A stretch of 55,638 nt of DNA, taken from a virus. Taxonomy: Duplodnaviria > Caudoviricetes. Below, in pieces: positions 36,612 to 45,252 of the stretch. The position numbers and the translations under genes were made by a program. The notes under the pieces were generated by a model. That model did not search any database and was not told the origin of the DNA. It worked only from the letters and a program-made list of their open reading frames with translations. The stretch is taken from positions 1 to 55,638 of the IMG/VR virus record IMGVR_UViG_3300028802_000018. The stretch is one strand, 5' to 3'. Position 1 is the first letter of the stretch; each line of letters starts with the position of its first letter.

Positions 36612-37595
36612 TCAATTGGCGGCGAACAGGTCTGTTCTGCCGCGCTCTCGTTCGGCGGTGCGGAGGTTGGCGACGGCTTGCCGATAATAGGATGATTTGA
36701 GTTCTGCTCCAACGAAACGCCTCCCTAATTCGATCGACACATATCCAGCCGTGCCAATGCCGGTAAACGGCGATAGCACAATGTCACCTGGATTGGTCCA
36801 TATCTGCATACACCGACGCACCACCGTCAACTGCAACGGCGAGATGTGCCGCTCATCGTGTTCCTCGCGTGCCATCCGAAACGATAGCGTGTCAGATTGG
36901 TTGATATCGCTCCACACTGGATCGGCGACACGTTGCCAGACCATAATAGACTTGTGTTCTTTGAATGTCCGGTTGCCGCTAGGTTCCCATGTTCGACGCG
37001 CCTCAGTGGTTAACTCCGCATCGGTCATGTCGTCGCCATAGTAGGTTTCCAGCACGCCGGCCACCGGCTCGTCATTTTCCCCTGGCTTCCGCATAGTTAT
37101 GACGAAATCAGCAATCCCCATGCGGCTGATCGCCGAATCCTTCACAACCTGCTTGTGCAGCAGACCGAGCGCTTTTGTCCTTTGCATTGCTACAACCGGG
37201 TCTTTTCTGATTGTCACTCGCGAGTGATAGCGGAACCCGACATCCTGCGATAACCGTATGATATCCCCTGGAAAATCCCGCATTCCTATAAACCCGTCGC
37301 GGGTTATGCTTGTCGGGATTTCCATGCAATGCACGCTCATCAATCGTCCCGGTTTAAGTGCACGGAACACCCCGTCGAGCACGAACCCGAAATGCTCCCA
37401 GAATACCTTGTCGTCGCTGTTGTTTGACACGTCGCGCGGGTTGTCGCTGAACGTGTATAAGCTGGCGAAAGGGGGAGAGAAGATCGAGAAATGTACGCTA
37501 TTCTCCGGAAGCCCTTTCATCATTTCGATACAGTCTGAGTTGTAAAGTGCCCACCCCGAGCCCTGCTCTTGGGAGATAACTTTAACGTCAGTCAT
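36612..37595 (-). CDS. DNA methyltransferase, N4/N6 beta class
   Basis: Motif IV SPPF, HISPLQL, motif I LSPFTGIGT, GAELK.SY. Confidence 0.9.
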   Translation of the reverse strand: MTDVKVISQEQGSGWALYNSDCIEMMKGLPENSVHFSIFSPPFASLYTFSDNPRDVSNNSDDKVFWEHFGFVLDGVFRALKPGRLMSVHCMEIPTSITRDGFIGMRDFPGDIIRLSQDVGFRYHSRVTIRKDPVVAMQRTKALGLLHKQVVKDSAISRMGIADFVITMRKPGENDEPVAGVLETYYGDDMTDAELTTEARRTWEPSGNRTFKEHKSIMVWQRVADPVWSDINQSDTLSFRMAREEHDERHISPLQLTVVRRCMQIWTNPGDIVLSPFTGIGTAGYVSIELGRRFVGAELKSSYYRQAVANLRTAERERGRTDLFAAN

Positions 37596-37598
37596 TTT

Positions 37599-38195
37599 CT
37601 ATATCCAATCCAAGTTACATTTTCCAACGTGCGAACGATCCCACACGAACCATGCGAAAGCGAGCATCCCGCCCTTCGTTCCTTCATCCTGCACTATGGG
37701 TCCGAATAGTGTTTCGCGGCGCGCGGGAGGCCCGCTGGCAATGGCAAGTCTCCTGCGAAAAACAAACACGCGGCTCGGTGGTGACTTATCAAACAGCATG
37801 CCCCGCTCTATTCCCTCAAGGAATCTCAATTGCATCAGCATCGCTACTTTGATAGGACAAAGAGAGAGTGCGTGCCGAACAAATTCAAGTGCGATACCAA
37901 ACGGCGGATTGGTTACTATGTTTGGCGCCAGCAATCGCGATGAGAGTAAGAAATCGTCGCCGCCACCCAATCCACGATCGACTAAGTCGGATGCTATTAC
38001 TTCATGGCCGGCAGCGGAAAGGACGCGACAGATTGCCCCATCACCGCATGCTGGCTCCCAAATAGGACCGCTGAATTTCTCAACCCTTAACAACGATTCC
38101 GTCCCAATCTGCGGGGTAGGATAGAAGTCATCGGCTTGGCGATCGCCATGAGGAGCATCGCCGTTGAAACGCCGGCCGACCGTTAGATCAACCAT
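37599..38195 (-). CDS. Small amino-DNA methyltransferase
   Basis: DFYPTP, IWEPACGDG, IVTNPPF, FAWFVW. Confidence 0.8.
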   Translation of the reverse strand: MVDLTVGRRFNGDAPHGDRQADDFYPTPQIGTESLLRVEKFSGPIWEPACGDGAICRVLSAAGHEVIASDLVDRGLGGGDDFLLSSRLLAPNIVTNPPFGIALEFVRHALSLCPIKVAMLMQLRFLEGIERGMLFDKSPPSRVFVFRRRLAIASGPPARRETLFGPIVQDEGTKGGMLAFAWFVWDRSHVGKCNLDWI

Positions 38196-39592
38196 TCGGG
38201 AACTACCATAGGAACCTGAGGGCTATACGCCGCGCTTGCGTTTCTCCCTCCGATAACCTGTTCACGCATCAAGTCTCGCATATGCCCGCTCATTGCGTCG
38301 AGCATTTTGTCGAATGCTTCTTCCTTACGCCGCAGGTTGGCGACGACCGCACCCTCAAGTTCGGATGCGATGAAATAGACATCGACCGAGCGCGACTGCC
38401 CGAAGCGCCAGCATCGCCGAATTGCCTGATAGACCTGCTCGAAGCTGTCGGTCAGCCCAACCATAATCATGCGGGCGCAATGTTGGTAATTCATTCCGTG
38501 GCCGCAGATCTGAGCCTTGCTGACGAGATGCAGCGGCCGGCCATCCTTGAATCCGAGAAGTCGCGTGATCTTCTGCTCGGTCGGATCACGGCCGGCAACC
38601 TGTAGCGCCGTTGGCAACAGCCGCTCGATCGCATCCGCCTCGCTATTTAGGTTACAGAGCACCAGCCACGGCTCGTTAGGCTCCTGCAGTATGATCTCGG
38701 CGGCGGCTAGCACCCGAGCCTCGGCCGTGTCCTTGCGCACGCCTATACGCTCGCCCAGCGTTGATGCAGGCATCGGGAACAGCATCCCGCCAGTCGGCTT
38801 ATACTCGGCCGCAACCGTGACCTGTTCCAGTCGGAGCGGCGGTAGATCATATCCCGGCTCGTCGAACCCGAGATCGGCAGGATGCCGCACCATTACCGAC
38901 CATGATGCGAGCCATCGCCAGAAATCTTTGGCCGCATGACGCTTCAACCGCCAGCCATCGTTGCCCTGGCTGTGATCGTTCGCCCGGATAGACCCATCGT
39001 GGACAAAAAACATCGACAGCATTTCCTTGGCGGTCATCACCCCGAGGAACTCGGCATGTTGTCCTAGCTCGGTATAGTCGTTCGGTGCTGGAGTTGCGGT
39101 ACAGCAGAGTTTCCAGGGTGTATTGATACACGCCTCGGTCAACATGGTCCGGGTTGCGCCATCCTGGCTCTTGATGATTCCACTCTCGTCGAGCACGATA
39201 CCGGCGAACTCGCCGATGGCGAATTTCTCGAACCGCTCGTAATTGGTGACAACGATATTTGACCGGATCGCCGATTTGTCCGCTGCATAGGCTACGCTCC
39301 CGATACCGAACTTCACAGCCTCTGCGACGGTCTGCTCGGCAACGGCAAGCGGTGTAAGCACGAGAACGGGTGCGTCTTCCTCGGCAACAACAGCTTGTGC
39401 CCACGATAATTGTTGAACGGTTTTACCTAGGCCGGTGCCCTCGAACATCGCCGCGCGACCTCGACGCAAAGCCCATGACGTGATTGCTGCCTGGAATGGC
39501 TTGAGCGCGACAGGTAGCGGTGGAACCTCGCGCACCCCGCTCGGCGGTGCGGCCGGCGACTTCGAAGCGAGGAAATCGGCATAATCGCTCAT
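38183..39592 (-). CDS. SF2/SNF2-like helicase
   Basis: GTGLGKT, TNYE, LDES, TATPAPND, GMNYQ, QAIRRCWRFGQ. Confidence 0.9.
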   Translation of the reverse strand: MSDYADFLASKSPAAPPSGVREVPPLPVALKPFQAAITSWALRRGRAAMFEGTGLGKTVQQLSWAQAVVAEEDAPVLVLTPLAVAEQTVAEAVKFGIGSVAYAADKSAIRSNIVVTNYERFEKFAIGEFAGIVLDESGIIKSQDGATRTMLTEACINTPWKLCCTATPAPNDYTELGQHAEFLGVMTAKEMLSMFFVHDGSIRANDHSQGNDGWRLKRHAAKDFWRWLASWSVMVRHPADLGFDEPGYDLPPLRLEQVTVAAEYKPTGGMLFPMPASTLGERIGVRKDTAEARVLAAAEIILQEPNEPWLVLCNLNSEADAIERLLPTALQVAGRDPTEQKITRLLGFKDGRPLHLVSKAQICGHGMNYQHCARMIMVGLTDSFEQVYQAIRRCWRFGQSRSVDVYFIASELEGAVVANLRRKEEAFDKMLDAMSGHMRDLMREQVIGGRNASAAYSPQVPMVVPEWLI

Positions 39593-39798
39593 GCGCTGCG
39601 CCTCCGCTCGCGTATCGCCATTGTTCGGTAATGGGCTTTAGTTTTTTCGTCGCAATTGAAAACAGATTGCTCCGGGTTGAACCAAGCCCATAGATCGGCG
39701 GCCTCCCGTTCCAGCGTCGGATCGCAAGCGGCACAAAGTGGCGGGGCGAAGCGTACAAGCGGGAAGCCACCACAGGAACAGCACACGGGTTCGGGCAT
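39589..39798 (-). CDS. Small Cys-motif protein
   Basis: CCSC...CAAC; AGGAG RBS; coupled to helicase. Confidence 0.5.
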   Translation of the reverse strand: MPEPVCCSCGGFPLVRFAPPLCAACDPTLEREAADLWAWFNPEQSVFNCDEKTKAHYRTMAIRERRRSA

Positions 39799-39876
39799 TT
39801 AGTCGCTCCTCTCTCCCTCCGCGACGAGACGCGGTATCGCCTCCATCATGTCGGCGTGATCGATCCGAACTGTCAC
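39799..39876 (-). pseudogene. 25-codon remnant resembling a DNA methyltransferase N-terminus
   Basis: VTVRIDHADMMEAIPRLVAEG then stop, where beta-class MTases continue into D...TDPPY; GTGA-coupled. Confidence 0.45.
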
Positions 39877-40271
39877 GCGCCGCGCCTCCGCTCGAATGGC
39901 CGCTCGGCGTTGTCCGTCATCCTGGCCGGCACGATGCCAGCCGGACGCGGTGCCGCTAGAATATCGTCTAGCTTGGCGTGGAGCGCGTCGAGGCGCGTGT
40001 AGATCGTCTCCCACGGCCCCCGTAGCGCCTCCTGCTTGAGCCGCCCCATCTGCTGTACGCTAGGGACAAAGCCCACGCCGCGCACCAACCCGAGCCGCAC
40101 CCGCTTACCTACCGCCGCGTTTTTGCTGATCCCCATGCGTCTGCCGATCTCGGAACAGGTTAACCCCTCTTCGACGTACAGTCGCTTAAATTCAGCGACC
40201 TTATCTGCGGGCCATGTTGCTTCCGAGAGGGCTTGGTTTTTATTCATGGTGGGGTCAATTCGCTTTGTCAT
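39873..40271 (-). CDS. GcrA-like HTH protein (N-terminal domain only)
   Basis: W....V...K.L...GLTCSEIG.RMGISKNA.VGK..RLGL. Confidence 0.75.
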   Translation of the reverse strand: MTKRIDPTMNKNQALSEATWPADKVAEFKRLYVEEGLTCSEIGRRMGISKNAAVGKRVRLGLVRGVGFVPSVQQMGRLKQEALRGPWETIYTRLDALHAKLDDILAAPRPAGIVPARMTDNAERPFERRRGA

Positions 40272-40549
40272 TCGGCAGCGGCCCGTAAAGCAGCCTCGCC
40301 GAGCGGGGTGTCGAGGAGCATGCCCAAAGCACGCTTGTACGACGCTAGTAGGGTCTCTTGCTCATCAACATCATCTTTGTCCATCCGCCTGAGTTTGATG
40401 ATCTGGCGCATGATCTTGGTGTCGAACCCAGCGCCCTTTGCCTCGATGTAGACATCTTTAATATCAGTCGCGACATCGCGCTTGTTTTCCTCAAGGCGTT
40501 CGATCCGCTCAATCAGAGAGCGCAGTACATCACCGGATAGATTAGTCAT
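40268..40549 (-). CDS. gapR: GapR/DUF2312 DNA-binding protein
   Basis: LRSLIERIERLEE.K.....DIKDVY.EAKGAGFDTKIMRQIIKLR.MD.....EQE.LL..Y..ALGM. Confidence 0.9.
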   Translation of the reverse strand: MTNLSGDVLRSLIERIERLEENKRDVATDIKDVYIEAKGAGFDTKIMRQIIKLRRMDKDDVDEQETLLASYKRALGMLLDTPLGEAALRAAAE

Positions 40550-40653
40550 GCTTTTCTCCTAGGTTGAAAGAAGTGGCCGTGCCGCCACAGGGGATGAAGA
40601 CGGCACGGCCACCTGTCGCTCAAAGCCCGCGTCACCTTCGAGCCGAGCAGACC

Positions 40654-40917
40654 TCAACACGAATACCCCCGAATACACAATGAAGCTGGTGGAAAACAAC
40701 CGCTCGGAGCGGGGAGGCACCATGCCTCTGTGATCTCAAGATCGCGGAACAACCCAAACTTGAAGACCGCCTTAATTGCCTCCTGGCACGTCTCAAACGA
40801 TTTCGCGCAAATAGGCTCCGGTGCTGGCGGAACCGTGACGAGTTCATAATCACTCGAACCGGCAGCGGCGACGAGGGCCACGAACGATGCAGCGAACAGG
40901 GGTGCTGGGAGGATCAT
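40654..40917 (-). CDS. Small Cys-rich protein with probable signal peptide
   Basis: Hydrophobic Ala-rich N-terminus; six Cys in mature part. Confidence 0.55.
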   Translation of the reverse strand: MILPAPLFAASFVALVAAAGSSDYELVTVPPAPEPICAKSFETCQEAIKAVFKFGLFRDLEITEAWCLPAPSGCFPPASLCIRGYSC

Positions 40918-41087
40918 GTGAAGCCTGCTTTTTTCAATGCAGCCACGATCGCCGGGTCCGCTAAAAGTTTCTCAACTGCATCATGCTCGTCTAGCAATTC
41001 GGTTAACAGCGCAGGATCAAAGTTCGGCCCTTCTGTACCATCCGCTGCCGCGATGCTGCGGAGCATGAGGTATTCGTCGTTGGTCAC
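40914..41087 (-). CDS. Small hypothetical protein (57 aa)
   Basis: Hand-translated; GGAGG RBS, GTGA/ATGA couplings. Confidence 0.55.
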   Translation of the reverse strand: MTNDEYLMLRSIAAADGTEGPNFDPALLTELLDEHDAVEKLLADPAIVAALKKAGFT

Positions 41088-41383
41088 TTCCGATCCTCCG
41101 GGTACGGGTCGCTGCGTGGCGCAAACTCCAAGGCTTTTAGCGATGCGACGTCTTGATGCTTTATGGATATCGCATTCGGAGCGTTCAGCGATCGCGCTGC
41201 TTGCTCCAGATATATCTCAGAGCCAAGATGCACCAGCACCCGTCCGATCCGTATCGCCGTCGCTGCGTCCATGAGGCTGATGCGCGTCAGCACGGGCTTG
41301 CCGTACTCCACGTCGTAATCCTCGATGGCGACGTTCTCGCCGTCGCGGCGAACGGATATGCCAGGAGGGGGTTTGGTGCTCAT
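41084..41383 (-). CDS. Hypothetical protein (99 aa)
   Basis: ATGA-coupled. Confidence 0.55.
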   Translation of the reverse strand: MSTKPPPGISVRRDGENVAIEDYDVEYGKPVLTRISLMDAATAIRIGRVLVHLGSEIYLEQAARSLNAPNAISIKHQDVASLKALEFAPRSDPYPEDRK

Positions 41384-41487
41384 TTCAGGACATATCCTAG
41401 ATAGAAAGCTAACGCCAAAGGCGCACCCAACGAAACAATCGCCATTGTTAACCCCAGCACGACATCGAGCCACAATATGTCGGTCAT
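41380..41487 (-). CDS. 35-aa membrane peptide
   Basis: MTDILWLDVVLGLTMAIVSLGAPLALAFYLGYVLK; GAGG RBS, coupled both sides. Confidence 0.5.
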   Translation of the reverse strand: MTDILWLDVVLGLTMAIVSLGAPLALAFYLGYVLK

Positions 41488-41741
41488 GCTGCATCCTCTG
41501 CACGTTCTGGGGGGCGATGCCCAATCCGAGATATCGCATCCAGGTGCTCTCGGATCATCGCTCCTGCGACAGCGTACCGTATAGGCTCGGGCAGCATTTC
41601 CAAATATTTCTCCCCGAGCGACCGGCGACCGTGCTCGATATCGCAGACGTAAGCCTGCGTTACGCCTAGGATTTCGCCAAGCCGTCTCTGCGAGAGGCCG
41701 GCAGCAATGCGAGAGGATCGGAGCGTGTCTGTCACATTCAT
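41484..41741 (-). CDS. Cro/XRE-like HTH regulator, leaderless
   Basis: LRSSRIAAGLSQRRLGEILGVTQAYVCDIEHGRR; ATG 7 nt after -10 box. Confidence 0.85.
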   Translation of the reverse strand: MNVTDTLRSSRIAAGLSQRRLGEILGVTQAYVCDIEHGRRSLGEKYLEMLPEPIRYAVAGAMIREHLDAISRIGHRPPERAEDAA

Positions 41742-41748
41742 GGTGCGC

Positions 41749-41821
41749 AGCATACCCGGAGAAAATTCTCGCTGTCAACCGAAAAAAGCTGTTGACGGGT
41801 TATCGCCAATGCGCGTACTCT
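41749..41821. promoter_or_regulatory. Back-to-back divergent sigma70 promoters
   Basis: Minus: TTGACA(41778-41773)-N18-TATGCT; plus: TTGACG(41792-41797)-N18-TACTCT. Confidence 0.7.
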
Positions 41822-41830
41822 CTGGTCATT

Positions 41831-42225
41831 GCACAGGGAGAGACCCGATGACCAATCGCCCCGGCGAGTTCTTCGTCGAGAACAGTTACACGGACAGCCG
41901 CCTGATTGACCACGATCTGGTGAAGCAAAAGGGCCTGCGTGCGTATCGCAATTCACCCGGAACTGTTCGTCTGCAACTTCGTACCGCAACAGATAAGCAG
42001 GGTCGAATTTCGGGGATCAATCTGACTTTCACGCAGGCTCGCGAACTAAGCGAATTTTTGATTGATGCCATACCCGGCTCCACAACCGCCAAAGAGCGGC
42101 TCGCTCACATAATGCTGGAAAATAGCATCGCGACGGGGCACGGAGATACTATCGACGACCTTCTCGGTGAGCTTGCCGCGCACTTAAAAGCTAACCGTAT
42201 ATAACGCACAGGGAGAGACCCGATG
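41831..42225 (+). repeat. Start-associated 20-bp exact repeat GCACAGGGAGAGACCCGATG
   Basis: Copies at 41831-41850 and 42206-42225; GAGACCCGATG also at 42368 and 42524. Confidence 0.85.
41848..42204 (+). CDS. Hypothetical early protein (118 aa)
   Basis: GGGAG RBS right after promoter. Confidence 0.65.
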   Translation: MTNRPGEFFVENSYTDSRLIDHDLVKQKGLRAYRNSPGTVRLQLRTATDKQGRISGINLTFTQARELSEFLIDAIPGSTTAKERLAHIMLENSIATGHGDTIDDLLGELAAHLKANRI

Positions 42226-42618
42226 CTTTTGCAAAAACTTAAACCCCTCGCCGTCGCGGCGAACCGCCACTTCCTGAACCTCCTCCTTGGCCCCGTGGGC
42301 AAGCCGGATGTACACGATGGCTTCGGTCCTCCGAGGGTAGAGCGGGACCCCAAGCCTACTAAAGGAAGAGACCCGATGACCCTAGAGGAAAAACACGCCC
42401 TCTACGACAAACTGATCGCTGACCGCGCTCGCCGTGACCTCGCCGATTATGGTTCCACGGTTAGCAACATCGCTCGGTCGATCAGGAACGCCGGCATCCG
42501 TATCCGTACCGTCCACGAGTTCGGAGACCCGATGCCCGCCGACGTGTTGCCCGACCTGCGGCAAGCGCAGGCTGATCTCGCGGCGCTGATCACCGCTTTA
42601 GAAGAAGGTGCGCCATGA
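42223..42618 (+). CDS. Hypothetical protein with second in-frame start at 42376
   Basis: Two RBS+ATG motifs in one frame. Confidence 0.6.
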   Translation: MLLQKLKPLAVAANRHFLNLLLGPVGKPDVHDGFGPPRVERDPKPTKGRDPMTLEEKHALYDKLIADRARRDLADYGSTVSNIARSIRNAGIRIRTVHEFGDPMPADVLPDLRQAQADLAALITALEEGAP

Positions 42619-42845
42619 CCGAAACACCACTCTTGGACCCTTACCGCGTGCTACCGCACCGCGACGTGCTGGACTGCACCATGTACTCCTGCGCCACGGG
42701 TGCGCCGCTAGGTGCCCAGAGTTTCGAGCATGTGCCATGCGGCATGGACCTGAAGCCGGCCCATATCGAAGACAACTGGTGCCCGTATTGCGCCGCTACC
42801 ATTAACAAGGCGGCTAAACGTCGCGCGAACGCAGAGTGGAAATGA
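42615..42845 (+). CDS. Small Cys-motif protein
   Basis: HVPCG...WCPYC; coupled. Confidence 0.55.
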   Translation: MTETPLLDPYRVLPHRDVLDCTMYSCATGAPLGAQSFEHVPCGMDLKPAHIEDNWCPYCAATINKAAKRRANAEWK

Positions 42846-42848
42846 GTC

Positions 42849-43055
42849 ATGAACCCAGACAACATCGCCCCCTTCCATCCCAGCCAGCGTGTCGTCAGCA
42901 CCCGTCACCCTTTATGGCCGCCCCTCACAGTGACGCGATGCTGGAGTATTGCCCCAGGTGTTTGGCGCATCGAATGGACAGACAAACCCTGCCCTGACGC
43001 TGCGGCTGTTACCGGCAGCGCGGCGGCTTCGGGTTATGTGCGGGCGAACAGATGA
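42849..43055 (+). CDS. Small hypothetical protein
   Basis: Operon continuity. Confidence 0.5.
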   Translation: MNPDNIAPFHPSQRVVSTRHPLWPPLTVTRCWSIAPGVWRIEWTDKPCPDAAAVTGSAAASGYVRANR

Positions 43056-43246
43056 CCGTCGCACCAGACACGCATTGCGCCCACGGCAAGCCGTTCTATG
43101 GCGACAGCCGCGCTACACAATGCATCGAATGCGACATAGTTTGGCACCGGGCCATGCTGGAAGCAGCCAATGAGCGAGCATCGCATCACCGCCACATGCT
43201 CGGAATTGCCGAGAAACTGCGCGATCTCATGTTTGGATCGGATTAA
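43052..43246 (+). CDS. Small Cys/His-motif protein
   Basis: HCAHG...CIEC; ATGA coupling. Confidence 0.55.
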   Translation: MTVAPDTHCAHGKPFYGDSRATQCIECDIVWHRAMLEAANERASHHRHMLGIAEKLRDLMFGSD

Positions 43247-43250
43247 CCCA

Positions 43251-43544
43251 ATGTCAGGATACTGGAACGCCCACTCCGACCGCGATTGGCAAGACGAGTG
43301 CATGATGTACGAGGAATCCAAACCTATCGAGGAAGAGATGGATCGATATCCAGACGAGACGACGCGCCGCTTCGATCAGCAGTTCGCCGAAAGCCCGGCC
43401 GAACATATTAACCAGAGGAACAAGCGAAAGCTGGATGCTTTGATTCTCGACGTAGAACAAGCGATAGCGTCTCTCGACGGTAGATGGGCAAACCTTGCCC
43501 GGGTTCAGTTAGGAGAGGCCCTAGAAAGGGCGAGGAAGCCATGA
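43251..43544 (+). CDS. Acidic hypothetical protein
   Basis: Operon continuity; coupled to next gene. Confidence 0.5.
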   Translation: MSGYWNAHSDRDWQDECMMYEESKPIEEEMDRYPDETTRRFDQQFAESPAEHINQRNKRKLDALILDVEQAIASLDGRWANLARVQLGEALERARKP

Positions 43545-43786
43545 CCCTACGATACCCCCTCCCGCTGAATTGGGATGCGGAACTAGACCGTCTCGACGCC
43601 CTCAACAACGACGAAATGGGCGATCGCCTTGACGAGATCGATCGCATGGCTACCCTGGCCGGTGTCTCTACAGCATACGTCGAGCCAACCCAGCCCGAAC
43701 CTCGTTGGCACAGCATCCTCGCGATGATCCTGTGGCCCGGCACGGCGCTGTGCATGGTTTGGATTCTTTATGGGGTGTTTGGATGA
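43541..43786 (+). CDS. Small protein with C-terminal TM segment
   Basis: GAGG RBS; hydrophobic C-terminus. Confidence 0.55.
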   Translation: MTLRYPLPLNWDAELDRLDALNNDEMGDRLDEIDRMATLAGVSTAYVEPTQPEPRWHSILAMILWPGTALCMVWILYGVFG

Positions 43787-43906
43787 CACACCTCACCTAA
43801 TCCCCGGCCGCGCAGCAACCAGAAAGGATCGTTACGAATGGGCTTGGCGGCCCTGTCGCGGCCGGGGTATCAGAGATCGCGCTATGAGAAAGCGATCGCG
43901 AAAGCA

Positions 43907-43936
43907 AACAGGCGGGGAACCCTCTCCCCGCCTGTT
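43907..43936. terminator. Probable bidirectional intrinsic terminator
   Basis: 12-bp stem AACAGGCGGGGA/TCCCCGCCTGTT between convergent operons, A/T-rich flanks. Confidence 0.7.
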
Positions 43937-43985
43937 CTTATACCGGCTATCGTGCCGGTTGTATGACCAGAGATGCAGCAGCCTA

Positions 43986-44231
43986 TCACAACCGGCTGAG
44001 GATTCCTACCAACCATTGCAGGCTCGATGGGTCCAGCGCAAGCCGAGCGATCCCGGTAGCGGTATGACAGGCCGACAGCCACGGCGTAAGCTGCGGGAAC
44101 ATCGGCAGCACAGCGGTTGCTTGAGCGCATACAGCGGCAATTTGCTCGGTGTACTGGGTGCTGGTGGCGACCTGCTGCGGGGTGCATGCAGCGAGCGACA
44201 GTGCGGTGAGCGGAGCGATGAGGCGGTTCAT
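43986..44231 (-). CDS. Lipoprotein (possible o-spanin or exclusion protein)
   Basis: MNRLIAPLTALS-LAAC lipobox; end of lysis operon. Confidence 0.7.
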   Translation of the reverse strand: MNRLIAPLTALSLAACTPQQVATSTQYTEQIAAVCAQATAVLPMFPQLTPWLSACHTATGIARLALDPSSLQWLVGILSRL

Positions 44232-44575
44232 GTCGGATCTCCCTGCGCTCTCTTGATTTCCTCATGCACGACACGGAACATCGTCTCGTAGTGGCCGTGC
44301 TTCCCCTCGGCCATAAACTCGTCATAACGAGCCTGGACGCGCTTGTTGATCTCGGTCTTTCGGTCAAACTCAGAGATGTCGTTCACGTCGGCCTCTGTCC
44401 ATTCTGGTTTGGCATCATCAGCCGCGACGTAGTGGCGAGCCTCTGACCGCAGCCCGTCGATGACCGCGAGCATGGCGACGAGATAGCGATACTCGCCCAC
44501 TTCCGGCTCGCAGCGATCCCAGCAATCTTCGACGTAGGCGCGGGCCTCGGTCTCGATCTCCGTGATGTCGCTCAT
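44228..44575 (-). CDS. Hypothetical protein
   Basis: ATGA couplings; GKHGHYETMF. Confidence 0.55.
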   Translation of the reverse strand: MSDITEIETEARAYVEDCWDRCEPEVGEYRYLVAMLAVIDGLRSEARHYVAADDAKPEWTEADVNDISEFDRKTEINKRVQARYDEFMAEGKHGHYETMFRVVHEEIKRAQGDPT

Positions 44576-44673
44576 GCCAACACCCACCAAATCAATAATC
44601 CGATCACGACCAGCGCCGCCGCTGCGGCAATGTTCTCCGGTCTCATGGCGTCGGCTCCGGCGTGTCGCGGTAT

Positions 44674-45027
44674 TCACCGAGGGATTGTAACAACAACCCT
44701 AGCCGGTATCATCCGGATACCCGTAACGTAAACAACCACCCCGACAGCCCCAGGGTAGTAGCTGCTGCCCATCTGGGCCATCTCTCCGCCGGATATACTG
44801 ATTCCTTCTCTCAATGCAGCACTCGTAAGTCCGTAGGCAAAATCATCGACCCACGGGCCGAGCGCATGAACGCTTAGATCATCCACGGCGGTCAAAGGCG
44901 TCACTCCTTTGGCTCTCAACTTACGACACGCCCTGTACACTGCCGATGACCCCAGCTTGCGGACCTGCCTCCGGTTTAGTCGATCGATATGCTTGACGTG
45001 GCTCGACCCGATTGCAGTCTCGATCAT
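44674..45027 (-). CDS. Stand-alone PurM/AIR-synthase N-terminal-domain-like protein
   Basis: GVTPLTAVD.L...GLTSAALREGISISGGEMAQMGSSY aligns by eye with PurM GAEPLFFLDY...GIAEGC...GCSLVGGETAEMPG.Y. Confidence 0.6.
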   Translation of the reverse strand: MIETAIGSSHVKHIDRLNRRQVRKLGSSAVYRACRKLRAKGVTPLTAVDDLSVHALGPWVDDFAYGLTSAALREGISISGGEMAQMGSSYYPGAVGVVVYVTGIRMIPARVVVTIPR

Positions 45028-45242
45028 CGGCGCAACGGGAGCACGCACCCAAGCAGGGTAAACACGATGTAGATCACCGCAATCGCCACGATCGCCCAGA
45101 GGATCACATTGACGACCTGGACGATCACAGTCCCCCCAAACGGGGCCGGAAGAAAAGCCAGCAGAATGCGAACGATCGCCACCACGGCAATAATAATGAC
45201 GAGGCCGACCAGCAGGCTCTCGATCCCGGCAAAGCATCCCAT
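45024..45242 (-). CDS. Two-TM membrane protein (holin-like)
   Basis: AGGAGG RBS; two hydrophobic helices, basic C-terminus. Confidence 0.65.
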   Translation of the reverse strand: MGCFAGIESLLVGLVIIIAVVAIVRILLAFLPAPFGGTVIVQVVNVILWAIVAIAVIYIVFTLLGCVLPLRR

Positions 45243-45252
45243 GTCAGTCCTC

